A stretch of DNA of 63,985 bases, counting the filler, from Lama guanicoe (taxonomy: Eukaryota), in NCBI GenBank assembly GCA_013239625.1. It is 79 parts of 77 records of this genome, joined end to end, with 100 filler letters (N's around TTAATTAATTAA, not from the genome) between each part and the next. Parts side by side here need not be neighbours in the genome. Positions count along the whole stretch, not along the records: positions 38,003 to 38,861 come from PNXV01008298.1; positions 38,962 to 39,417 come from PNXV01008299.1; positions 39,518 to 39,972 come from PNXV01008303.1; positions 40,073 to 40,509 come from MU054561.1; positions 40,610 to 41,089 come from PNXV01008322.1; positions 41,190 to 41,771 come from PNXV01008323.1; positions 41,872 to 42,473 come from PNXV01008326.1; positions 42,574 to 43,416 come from PNXV01008329.1; 71 more parts are not named here. One strand, written 5' to 3'. A program made the position numbers and the translations under genes. Numbering within the stretch: position 1 is the stretch's first letter; every line of letters starts with the position of its first letter. The notes below the pieces were generated by a model. It searched no databases, had not been told where the DNA came from, and saw only the letters and a list, made by a program, of their open reading frames with translations. This document shows, piece by piece, positions 38,003-48,986 of this stretch.

Positions 38003-38861
38003 TATTTCTCAGAATTCCCCCTAACAGCGAACAACTGTGACTGAAGAGAGTTGCGTGGAGTTGTCTCTCGATTTCCCTACGCTCTGACAATGGTTCCGGT
38101 ATCCTGAGCGTGGGGAGGTTCCACAACAGTCGGCAGCGCGTGGCTTCTAATGGAATGACTAAGCTCGTCTCCCCTGGGTTTTTTCCTAATGTCTCTGTGC
38201 CAGGGAATGCTAGCAGGTTTTGCAGGCAATCCCAGTGACAGAGGATGCCTCCCGAAGGTCAGGGAAAGTATTTCTCGGACTTCCCCGTTCAGGGATCACC
38301 TGTGACTGAAAAGAGCTGCGTGGAGTTGTCTCTCGAGGTCCCCCACGCACTGAAAATTGTTCCGGAATCCTGAGCGTGGTAAGGTTCCCCCAACGGTCGT
38401 CAGTGCGTGGGTTCAAACGGAATGCCTAAGCTCGACTCCCCTGGGTTTTTTCCTAATGTCTCTGTGCCAGGGAATGCTAGGGGGGTTTGCAGGAAATCCC
38501 AGTGACAGAGGCTGCCTCCCCAATGTCAGGGAAGTTAACTCAGAATTCCCCCTAACAGCGAACAACTGTGACTGAAGAGAGTTGCGTGGAGTTGTCTCTC
38601 GATTTCCCTACGCTCTGACAATGGTTCCGGTATCCTGAGCGTGGGGAGGTTCCACCAACTGTCAGCAGCTCGTGGGTTCTAAAGGAATGCCTTAGCTCGT
38701 CTCCCCTGGGTTTTTTCCTAATGTCTCTGTGCCAGGGAATGCTAGGGGGGATTGCAGGCAATCCCAGTGACACAGGATGCCTCCCGAAGGTCAGGGAAGG
38801 TATTTCTCGGATTTCCCCGTTCAGGGAACACCTGAGACTGAAGAGAGCTGCGTGGAGTTGT
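38003..38861 (+). repeat. Satellite C (266-bp monomer, 531-bp dimer)
   Basis: G(T/A)GACTGAA anchor at 38037, 38302, 38568 and 38834. Confidence 0.95.
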
Positions 38862-38961
38862 NNNNNNNNNNNNNNNNNNNNNNNNNNNNNNNNNNNNNNN
38901 NNNNNTTAATTAATTAANNNNNNNNNNNNNNNNNNNNNNNNNNNNNNNNNNNNNNNNNNNN

Positions 38962-39417
38962 ACAGTGTAGGAAGGTTCCCTTTTCTCCACACCTTCTCCA
39001 GCATTTATTTTTGTAGACCGCTTGATGATGGTCATTCTGGCTGGTGTGAGGAGATACCTCATTGTAGTTTTGATTTGCATTTCTCTCATAATTAGCAACG
39101 TAGAACGTCTTTTCATGTGCCTTTGGCCATCTGTGTCTCTTCTTTGGAGAAATGTCTATTTAGATCTTCAGCCCATTTTTGGCAGGGGAGTGGGGAGGGT
39201 TGTTGTTGTTGAGTTGTTGTTGTTGCTGTTGTTGTTGTTGTTTGAGCTGTATGGCTGATGAACTGTTTGTATCTTTTGGTAATTAAGTCCTTGTCAGTCA
39301 TATCATTTGTAAGTATTTTCTCCCATTCTGTATTGTCTTTCCATTTTTATAGTTTCCTTTGTTGTGTAAAAAGCTTGTAAGTGTAAGTCCCATTTGATTA
39401 TTTTACTTTTATATCTT
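38962..39417 (-). mobile_element. LINE-1 ORF2 C-terminal fragment with a (GTT)n microsatellite at ~39199-39242
   Basis: Translation [18 protein letters not shown] and [14 protein letters not shown], classic L1 ORF2 C-terminus. Confidence 0.95.
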
Positions 39418-39517
39418 NNNNNNNNNNNNNNNNNNNNNNNNNNNNNNNNNNNNNNNNNNNNTTAATTAATTAANNNNNNNNNNNNNNNNNNNNNNNNNNN
39501 NNNNNNNNNNNNNNNNN

Positions 39518-39972
39518 TTAGAGTAATTGGTTAACAGACTTACAAAAAAGTGTAACTACAAGCCAATAACTTACAAGTGAGTCAGAAAAACTAAATACAA
39601 TCTAAGATAATACAAAGGAAAATAACCATACCACAAAAGGAAGAAGAAAGGAACAGAGAAGAACTACCAAATCAACTGCAAAAGTAAATTCAAAATAGCA
39701 ATAAACACTCATCTATCATTAATTACTGTAAATGTTAATGGACTAAATGCTCCAGTCAAAAGACAGAGTGGCAGACTGGATAATAAAGCAAGAACATTCA
39801 ATACACTGCATTGAAGGGACACACTTTAGGGAGAAGGACACATATAGTTTGAGAGTGATTAGACTGAAAAGGGTAGTCCATGAAAATCGAAACACCAGGA
39901 AAAGCAGGTACAGCAGTACTGACTTCAGACAAAACACACTTTAAAACAAAGGCCATAAAGAAAGATAAATAA
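39518..39972 (+). mobile_element. LINE-1 inter-ORF region and ORF2 endonuclease N-terminus, disrupted
   Basis: CTATCATTAATTACTGTAAATGTTAATGGACTAAATGCTCCAGTCAAAAGA encodes LSLITVNVNGLNAPVKR. Confidence 0.92.
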
Positions 39973-40245
39973 NNNNNNNNNNNNNNNNNNNNNNNNNNNN
40001 NNNNNNNNNNNNNNNNTTAATTAATTAANNNNNNNNNNNNNNNNNNNNNNNNNNNNNNNNNNNNNNNNNNNNTATTTAATAAATACAGATTTGGTGTATT
40101 GAACAGAGGGTGATCTATTCATTCACCTAAGGTGATTCAAGAAAGTTCTCTTGTAAGTGACCATTGTCACCTTTCTCTCTTTAAGAGAAGTCAGTATTGT
40201 TACATGGAGTTTTAAATATCTGCTTTTATAGTTTTTATTTAAGAC

Positions 40246-40509
40246 ATGAAAACAGGAAATCAAACNNNNNNNNNNNNNNNNNNNNNNNNNNNNNNNNNNN
40301 NNNNNNNNNTGGACTCTTTCCTCTTCATTGCCATCGCCATCCTGTTTTCAGTGGCTCTGACGGGGAACATCACACTGATTCTTCTCATTCGACTGGACTC
40401 CAGACTTCACACTCCAATGTACTTTCTCCTCAGTCAGCTCTCTTTCATCAACGTGATGTGCATCTCCACCACTGTGCCCAAGATGGCAGTTAACTTTCTG
40501 TCCAATAGT
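40246..40509 (+). CDS. OR2AK2: Olfactory receptor family 2 (OR2AK2-like), 5' fragment (N-terminus, TM1-TM2)
   Basis: MKTGNQ(T) glycosylation sequon, GN in TM1, [13 protein letters not shown] and [10 protein letters not shown] motifs. OR identity is firm; the subfamily call is from memory. Internal gap 40266-40309; truncated by scaffold end. Confidence 0.85.
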
Positions 40510-40609
40510 NNNNNNNNNNNNNNNNNNNNNNNNNNNNNNNNNNNNNNNNNNNNTTAATTAATTAANNNNNNNNNNNNNNNNNNNNNNNNNNNNNNNNNNN
40601 NNNNNNNNN

Positions 40610-40735
40610 CCTCATCACATGTGGATGGAAAACCATGTCCTTCCCAGGGCTGTTAGGAGTAAATGAGATAATATAAAGCACATGCGGAACTCTCCCAGCA
40701 CCGCACATAGGACAGTGTGGCCCCGCACTATTAAC
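40610..40735 (+). mobile_element. MIR relic
   Basis: CCCAGGGCTGTTAGGAGTAAATGAGATAAT resembles the MIR core. Confidence 0.5.
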
Positions 40736-41299
40736 GTGAGTTAAAGGTCTTTTACAGTGCGACGCAGACAGAAGGCTAAAGTCAGGCTTTATTTTGCCCA
40801 ACACTTAAACTCAGCCCTGGAGTTTGACAAATAAAACTGAAATAATTCTACAGTGTTTTCAAAAGCAAATCTGTAATAGTGTGTGATTCATTAACATATT
40901 ATTTAAAAATCTTAAAAAGTAGAGAAATGACAGAACTACTGTGCTTATTATTTACAGAAAAGAAAGACTAATTTGATCATAATTAGAGTTTGAATTCATC
41001 TCCAAAGATCTCCGTAGTGCTTAGATCAGAAAGAATGTTATTGATGAATTCATTGATTAGCTCTGAAAGTGACTTTGGTTTAAATTGTCNNNNNNNNNNN
41101 NNNNNNNNNNNNNNNNNNNNNNNNNNNNNNNNNTTAATTAATTAANNNNNNNNNNNNNNNNNNNNNNNNNNNNNNNNNNNNNNNNNNNNATGCCCCAAGC
41201 CTCACTGTCCAAGAGCACGAGGGTGTACACGCCCTGACCGCCACTGCACCACCAACGCTTGCTGAAAACGAGAACAGTTTCCTTTGTACTGAGTGCCTG

Positions 41300-41460
41300 A
41301 TGCCATTGATACCCCTCTGACAGCTATGGGATAGGCATTATTGCCCCCACTTTACAGAAAAAACCAAGGCTCAGAGATGCCAAGCATCTGGCCTAAAGCC
41401 ACACAACCAGTTGGTGGCAGAGTCAGCATTCAAACTCAGCTCTGCTGACTCAGGCCCTGG
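41300..41460 (-). mobile_element. MIR relic
   Basis: ATTATTGCCCCCACTTTACAGA..AAACCAAGGCTCAGAGA...GGTGGCAGAG...ATTCAAACTCAG. Confidence 0.7.
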
Positions 41461-41572
41461 TCATCACCAGCCGCCCTGCTATTTTCTCCCATATGCTTGT
41501 GCAAACTCACAGCAAAGCGTTGAGCCCCTCCATCTCTGAAACTTCTCTGTAAAATGGGGAGTGAGCTTAGAT

Positions 41573-41771
41573 CAGGGGTCAGCTTTTTGTGTAAAGGGCC
41601 AGATAGTAAATATTTCAGGCCTCGCAGGCCAGATAGTCTCTGTCTCAGCTGCTCAACTGCCATCACGGAAGCCACAGATGACATGTAACCGAACACGTGT
41701 GGTGGCGCTCCAATAAAACTGATATTTATGGACACTGAAACTTGAATTTCATGTAATTTTCACATGTCACA
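41573..41771 (+). mobile_element. hAT-Charlie MITE, MER58-like (probably MER58B)
   Basis: CAGGGGTC terminus, TGTAAAGGGCCAGATAGTAAATATTT, CCAATAAAACT..ATTTATGGACACTGAAA.TTGAATTTCAT. Confidence 0.8.
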
Positions 41772-42209
41772 NNNNNNNNNNNNNNNNNNNNNNNNNNNNN
41801 NNNNNNNNNNNNNNNTTAATTAATTAANNNNNNNNNNNNNNNNNNNNNNNNNNNNNNNNNNNNNNNNNNNNTACAGGATGCTGGCGCTCGACAAGAGAGG
41901 AAAAACAATGTAAAGGTAGTGATGACTTTGTCCTATTATCAGAGGAAGATAGAAAAAGCCAATTGCTCTCATGAGTTTCCCATTTACTGCTAAATTGCAG
42001 GAAAACAATCAGTACCTTTAGTCCCCTGGTCCTGAGAAATACATTACAATCCTAAACCATTTAGTTACTCATTATTCCTTCATCACAGAGAACTGTGGCC
42101 TTTATTCCATGACCAGGATATTTGTTAATAAAGCAAACATTTTTTTAGGAAAATAAAGTTGTTTTTGAGTTTCAATAGATGTATGGGGGTTAAAGTATTC
42201 AGTTTGCAT

Positions 42210-42420
42210 TTTCATTCAACATTTATCAGGAAAAATATAAATTTAGTCCTACTATGTGCTAGTGTTGTTCATGACAAAGGCAACAATGATGGTAATATAG
42301 TAAATACAGTCTCGACAGAGAGATCTTCTAATGTGGTGACAGGTAGGGACATTAATCAAATGCAAAATTACAGTGACACATGCTATAACAGAGAAGTGTA
42401 TGGAATAGTAAAAGTATGCC
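42210..42420 (-). mobile_element. LINE-2 3' relic
   Basis: CATTCAACATTT...CCTACTATGTGCTAG resembles an antisense L2 3' end. Confidence 0.45.
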
Positions 42421-42573
42421 AAGGTTAAGTAGGAACAGCAAGATACAGAAGTTAATATATGGTACAACCTCAANNNNNNNNNNNNNNNNNNNNNNNNNNN
42501 NNNNNNNNNNNNNNNNNTTAATTAATTAANNNNNNNNNNNNNNNNNNNNNNNNNNNNNNNNNNNNNNNNNNNN

Positions 42574-42850
42574 AGGAAACAAACTTATGGTTATGGGGGA
42601 AAGGCAGGGCGGGAGGGATAAACTGAGATTTAGGATTAGCTGATGTAAAATACTATGCATAAAATAGATTAAAAAACAAGGCCCTACTGTATAGCACAGG
42701 GAACTATACTCAATATCTTGTAATAACCTATAATGAAAAAGAATCTCTCTCTCTCTCTGTATATATGTATGGAAAAAATGGAATCACTATGCTGCAATCA
42801 CTATGCTGTACACAGGAAACAAATACAACATTGTAAATCAAAAAAATAAA
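42574..42850 (+). mobile_element. LINE-1 3' end (cetartiodactyl type)
   Basis: AACAAGGCCCTACTGTATAGCACAGGGAACTATACTCAATATCTTGTAATAACCTATAATG...ACAACATTGTAAATCAA + A-tail. Confidence 0.88.
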
Positions 42851-44059
42851 GGAATATTAATCAATCAGTCACTCAATACAACCAGAAGAAGTGATGTTCA
42901 CGTCTGAGGCAAGCCTGCCGAGGTGTGGGGTGGCAGAAGCAGGGCCAAAGAGCCTCAGGGGAAGGCAGAAGCGGATGCTCGTGAGCGCCTGACACTTCGT
43001 GATGGACTTTATAAAGGCCTTCCCTTGCCCTGTCTCATGCACTCGTTTCATTTTTAATGTGCCTTATTACTTTTCAAAAATTAAACAATGTAGACCAATA
43101 CAAACTTATATATGGTGCTCAAATGAATAAATATTGTGTTCCACATGCTTACTCTTAGAAAAATACAAAAGATATTCCTCCCTCCACTCCCATTCCTCTT
43201 AACTCTTCTTAAATGAAATCATAAATTTAGTGTCTCCAGCCCTATTTGTACACTTTTAATTCATAAACAATATATAGTGTTTCCATTGTGCAATTTAAAA
43301 ATTAATTTATCCAAATGCCATTGTATGGTAGAAATCATTCTGCAACTTGACTTTTTTGTTCACTCAATACTGTTTTTAACACACATTAATATTAAAATGT
43401 GTCTTGTTCTTTTATTNNNNNNNNNNNNNNNNNNNNNNNNNNNNNNNNNNNNNNNNNNNNTTAATTAATTAANNNNNNNNNNNNNNNNNNNNNNNNNNNN
43501 NNNNNNNNNNNNNNNNAGCAGCTGTGCAGGGACCACAGGGCAGACCCCCAGCATCCCCTGCTGGTCATGAGGCACAACCTCATCCAGGATCAGAGACCTG
43601 AGGGCCCAGCTAGTTGTGGAGCTCATCTGGTCCCTGTCTAGATTCACAGGCCCATGGTCACCTTCCCAGATCCTGTGGTACTTTTATGCTAAGTCACATC
43701 CTATAAAATATTTTCACTTTCAAATGGAGTCCTGGTCCATGGAAGCTGCAAACCTGTGCATATGGAACCATTAAAAGTTACAGCCCCCTCCCAGAGTACA
43801 CTCTAGAAAAGCTAACTGACCCACGTGTGCACCAGTGACAAGGGGACAGTGAGTTGGTCTGAAGCACGGGTAGGGCTGTTGGAGGAAAGGGTTTAGATCT
43901 GGATTTTTCATGAAGAAGCAAAAGGTCATATTTCAAACCTGGAAACAGCAGCCATTTCAAAACTCATGCGATGCTTTCAGAATTTTGATGGAGTCTAACA
44001 TGATTAGTGGAAATGATATTGTTCGGCAGGCATATCATTTAGTAGTGCACATGCCATAT

Positions 44060-44455
44060 ATTTCTTTCCTTTTTATTGAGGAATATTCAGTTTACAACGT
44101 GTCAGTGTTCGGTGTACAGCATAATGCTTCAGTCATACACACATACATATATTTGTTTTCATATTCTTTTTCACTAAACTTACTTTAAGATACTGAATCT
44201 AGTTCCCTGCGCAAGTTCCCTGCACACAAAAACCTTGTTTATCTATTTTATAGACAGTAGTTAATATTTGCAAATATTGAACTCACAGTTTATCCATTTC
44301 TACCCCCTTTCCCCCTGGAAACCATATGTTTATTTTCTCTGTGAGAATGTTTCTGCTCTATAATTAAATTCATTACTGTCTTCTTTTTGCTGTCTATAGA
44401 TAACACATATGAGTGATATGGTATCTTTCTCTTTCTGGCTTACTTCACTTAGAAT
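44060..44455 (-). mobile_element. LINE-1 3' end (antisense)
   Basis: Reverse complement of the same type of L1 terminus; TTTCTGGCTTACTTCACTTAGAAT. Confidence 0.85.
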
Positions 44456-44555
44456 NNNNNNNNNNNNNNNNNNNNNNNNNNNNNNNNNNNNNNNNNNNNT
44501 TAATTAATTAANNNNNNNNNNNNNNNNNNNNNNNNNNNNNNNNNNNNNNNNNNNN

Positions 44556-44832
44556 CAAGGATGCCACTCTCACCATTATATTCAATATAGTTTTGGAAGC
44601 CCTATCCATAGCAATCAGAGCAGAAAAAGGGGACCCAAATCAGTAAAGAAGAAGTAAAAGTGTCATTGTTTTTGGATGACATGGTACTATACATGGACAA
44701 CCCTAAAGAAGCAACCAGAAAACTACTAGAGCTTATCAATGAATCTGGTAATGTTGCAGGATACAAAATTAATATACAGAAATCAGTGGCATTTCTATCC
44801 ACTAATAACCAAATAGCAGAAAAAGAAATTAT
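44556..44832 (+). mobile_element. LINE-1 ORF2 reverse-transcriptase fragment
   Basis: CAAGGATGCC.ACTCTCACCA (QGCPLSP, frameshifted); [13 protein letters not shown] (F.DD motif); [10 protein letters not shown]. Confidence 0.93.
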
Positions 44833-45395
44833 TTAAGAGAACTCTGGAACAATATGAAGCTTACTAATATTCTCATTATAGGGGTACCAGAAAGAGAAGA
44901 GAGAGAGAAAGAACCTGAGATATTTTTTGAAGAGATACTAAACCCAAAGAGGAACACACCAAGGCACATAGTCAGCAAGCTGACAAAAATTAAGGATAAG
45001 GAGAAATTATTAAAATTAACCAGAGAAAAGCAACAAATAACATACAAGGGAACTCCCATAAGGCCATCAGCTGATTTTTTGGCCGAAACTCTACAGGCCA
45101 GGAGAGAGTGGCAAGATATAGGTATAAAGTGATGGAAAAACCTACAACCAAGAATACTCTGCCCAGCAAGGCTCTCATTCAGATTTGATGGCAAATTCAA
45201 AAGCTTCACAGATAAGCAAAAGCTAAAAGAATTCAGCACCACCAAACCACCAAACCACCAAACCACCAAACCAGCTTTACCACAAATGTTAAAGAAACTT
45301 CTCTAGTAAATCAAACTATAAGAAAAGAACAAAAAGAAGAAAGAGTGGGAAAAAAGACCTTCAAAAGATTACTTTGGCAGTTTAGAGTCTCTTAT
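44833..45395 (+). mobile_element. LINE-1 ORF1 C-terminal half and inter-ORF region
   Basis: NILIIGVPE...TPRHI...ITYKGTPIR.SADF.AETLQARREW; (ACCAAACC)x4 at 45241-45272. Confidence 0.93.
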
Positions 45396-45962
45396 NNNNN
45401 NNNNNNNNNNNNNNNNNNNNNNNNNNNNNNNNNNNNNNNTTAATTAATTAANNNNNNNNNNNNNNNNNNNNNNNNNNNNNNNNNNNNNNNNNNNNTCTTT
45501 GATTTTTAAAGTTTGCTTTAAAATATTTTATTAAAACATGCTGTGAAACATACTGATAATTATTTGAAGGAGTTATATATGTCAATTATATATGTCAAAT
45601 ATATATATGACAGTTATATATGTCAATATATAATGCCATACATACATTTGTAAGAGATCAGAGCCAGTGTGCATTTCAGTAAGAACTTAAGAAAACAAAT
45701 GTTTTTAATCTATACAACTGATTGAAAGTCCAGATGTAACGTGTGCAGTTTAAACCAATACTTCAACATACTTTTTTTTTCTACGATAGAATGGGGGTAT
45801 CTTGGTGGATGTAGATATTGCTCAGCATTCAACTATCATAAGCTTTTCTGATTACCATGAGGGATGTGCACCTGCCCTAATAATAAACCACACACCATGG
45901 GACGTCCTATACAAACAGAGGTATGGAAAAAAAGGGCTCCTGGAAAATCGGATTTGCTTTTA

Positions 45963-46293
45963 CGGGTCCACAGTGCCTTCTAGGAAATACGTGGAGCTAG
46001 ATGTGTTTCATATTCCACATATTTTCAGATTTTAGAAAGGTAATAGGGAACACATGCTATTTATTACTAAAACCCCCAGCAGGTTTTGAGTCAGTCTTTA
46101 ACCAAACATGTTAATATTTCTGCAGCAAATCTTTGCATATTCATAACAAGTGGAATAAATAAAACTGTTAATAGTTTCATGTCTGCTCAGATCAAGTTTT
46201 GCTGCCAAATGACTTCTGACACCAAACTTAGAGAAGAATATTTAGACTTCTGGAGCTTGTTCAATTTCTGAATTGTGTATAAGGAATTGTGAA
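45963..46293 (-). mobile_element. Tigger-derived MITE, MER46C-like
   Basis: GGTCCACA terminus, GATTTTAGAAAGGTAATA, TTAATATTTCTGCAGCAAA, TTTTGCTGCCAAATGA, ATAAGGAATTGTG; family name from memory. Confidence 0.6.
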
Positions 46294-46393
46294 NNNNNNN
46301 NNNNNNNNNNNNNNNNNNNNNNNNNNNNNNNNNNNNNTTAATTAATTAANNNNNNNNNNNNNNNNNNNNNNNNNNNNNNNNNNNNNNNNNNNN

Positions 46394-47000
46394 ATATCTG
46401 TTGAAAATTAAATCAATAATTCATAACCTTCCAAAATGAAATTACCAGACCCAGATGAATTCAACACTGTTGAATTCTAAAATTAAAGAATAAATAAATA
46501 AAAATTAAGGAAGAAATAACATCAATTCTCTACAGCCTTGTTTAGAAATAGAAAATAGATGGAATACTCCCTCACTCAGTCCATGAAGTGAGAATTATCT
46601 TCATACCAAAACTAGAAAAAGACATGACAAGAAAAAAAAAACAACAAACTATAGACTGATACATCTCATAAACATGGGTGCAGAGATAATCAACAAAATA
46701 CTAATGTATAGAATCTAACAATGTATAAAAATAACTATGAAAAAATAACTTGTATCAGTACCAAATAGAATTTATTCAAGATATAGAAGGCTGATTCAAC
46801 ATTCAAAATGAATTAATACATTTCATTGCAGGAAAAGTTTAAAGGAGGGAAAAAAACACATGATTAAAACATCAGATGCAAAAAAAGCATTTAGCAAAAT
46901 CCAACATCCATTCATAACTAAAAAAAAAAAAAACTCTTACCAAACTAGGAGTAGAGAAAAGCTTCCTCATCTCGACAGAGAACAGCTACAAATTAACTTT
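46394..47000 (+). mobile_element. Older LINE-1 ORF2 fragment
   Basis: CCAGACCCAGATG, ATACCAAAACTAGAAAAAGAC, GATGCAAAAAAAGCATTT..CAAAATCCAACATCCATTCAT. Confidence 0.88.
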
Positions 47001-47100
47001 NNNNNNNNNNNNNNNNNNNNNNNNNNNNNNNNNNNNNNNNNNNNTTAATTAATTAANNNNNNNNNNNNNNNNNNNNNNNNNNNNNNNNNNNNNNNNNNNN

Positions 47101-47692
47101 ATATCTTTTGCCAAATGATATATTTGGTAAGAGGTTAATATCCAAAATAAATTTTTTAAAAAACTCATACTATTCAATAGCAAAAAACCCAAAACAATCC
47201 AACTGAAAATGGGCAAAATACTTGAATAGACATTTTCCCAAAGATATAGATAAGACCAACAAATACATGAAAAGAAGTTCAACATCACTAATAATCAGGG
47301 AAATGGAACACTAAACCACAATGAGATATTACCTCACACCTGTTAGAATGCCTTTATGATTAGATTACCACATTCTGTTGATTCTTATTCTGTAGTTGGC
47401 TTTACTCCTTTCATAACTGTGTAAGTTAAAAAGCTAAAAGCTCTAATTTGTTCTTAGAAACAATAAATACATATATGTAAACTAAAAAATGTACAGTATA
47501 TTGTATATATGTATTTACATGCCTTATAATGTGTCTGTGCAGTTGAACTGTAATAAATTCTACGTAATAAAACTGAAAAAGGAGGAAAAAATGGAATGCC
47601 TATTAAAAAAAGAAAAAGGAAAACAAACAAGAGCTAACAAATGCTGCCAAGGTTGTAAAGAAAAGGAAACCCTGATGCACTGTTGGTGGGAA
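47101..47692 (+). mobile_element. LINE-1 ORF2 3' fragment interrupted by a 240-bp insertion
   Basis: TTGAATAGACATTTTCCCAAAGA, ACCACAATGAGATATTACCTCACACCTGTTAGAATG; L1 resumes at ~47594 and continues to CACTGTTGGTGGGAA. Confidence 0.88.
47354..47593 (+). pseudogene. Candidate 5'-truncated retroposed poly(A) RNA end (3'UTR-like)
   Basis: Flanked by GAATGCCT direct repeats (47346-47353, 47594-47601); AATAAA at 47552 and 47566, then a decayed A-rich tail. Confidence 0.55.
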
Positions 47693-47792
47693 NNNNNNNN
47701 NNNNNNNNNNNNNNNNNNNNNNNNNNNNNNNNNNNNTTAATTAATTAANNNNNNNNNNNNNNNNNNNNNNNNNNNNNNNNNNNNNNNNNNNN

Positions 47793-47993
47793 ATCCATTA
47801 GATTGACTTCCCTGAGTATTATCCTTTGCCGGGTTTTGAGCAAAATTATGGGTTGTGCTCTAAAACCAAGTATTAGCGAGCTCCTCTCTTTTGGCAGTGG
47901 AGGTGGTTAAAGTATATCCCCAACCTGGGAACACCTGTGCCCCCATAAAGATGTGTGGACTCAGTTTCCCTCCTCCAGCACACACACGATATC
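47793..47993 (-). repeat. Satellite D (reverse strand), partial monomer
   Basis: Reverse complement closely matches 26119-26319. Confidence 0.92.
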
Positions 47994-48093
47994 NNNNNNN
48001 NNNNNNNNNNNNNNNNNNNNNNNNNNNNNNNNNNNNNTTAATTAATTAANNNNNNNNNNNNNNNNNNNNNNNNNNNNNNNNNNNNNNNNNNNN

Positions 48094-48886
48094 TTGCCGA
48101 ATCCGTCATGCGTGTAGCATTTACGGAATCCGGAATGTCCTGCTGATGGAATGCATTTAAATTGCATATCTCTTAGGTGGAAATCGCTCCAGAAGTATTT
48201 TTCTGTGAAAAATGCACGAATTCTAAACTGCTGTTAGGAAAAGCTTGTGAAAATCTCTACACGTGTCTAGAATAAAATTTTAAATGCAATTTGAGGAATT
48301 CGTGATGCATGAATCATGTTCAGAATGCAGAATGCCATGGTTATGTAAACAATGTAAATTACATGTGTATTGGTGAGAGTTCGCTCAAAGTGTTTTCTAC
48401 TGCCAAATGTCCGATTTTAGAACCTGCTGATACAAAAAACTTATGAAGTCAGAGTAAATATTTCAAAGTGTATATATGCCTTGTTTTGTGGATGAAAGTT
48501 CACTAATCCACATGCTCACAACTCAGAAACGCATGTTTGCCGAATCCGTCATGCGTGTAGCATTTACGGAATCCGGAATGTCCTGCTGATGGAATGCATT
48601 TAAATTGCATATCTCTTAGGTGGAAATCGCTCCAGAAGTATTTTTCTGTGAAAAATGCACGAATTCTAAACTGGTGGTAGGGAAAGCTTGTGAAAATCTG
48701 TACACGTGTCTAGAAGAAAATTTTCCTTTTATCGAGGATGAAACATCAGTAATCCACATGCTCTCAACTCAGGAATGCATGTTTTTCGGATCCGTCATGC
48801 ATGTAGCATGTACAGAACATGGAATATCATGTAGATAGAAACTATTCAAATTACATATCCCTAGGGTAGAATTCGCTCCAAGAGGG
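48094..48886 (+). repeat. Satellite E (~247-bp AT-rich monomers, higher-order)
   Basis: TTGCCGAATCCGTCATGCGTGTAGC at 48094 and 48537; ATCCACATGCTC at 48506 and 48752. Confidence 0.9.
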
Positions 48887-48986
48887 NNNNNNNNNNNNNN
48901 NNNNNNNNNNNNNNNNNNNNNNNNNNNNNNTTAATTAATTAANNNNNNNNNNNNNNNNNNNNNNNNNNNNNNNNNNNNNNNNNNNN

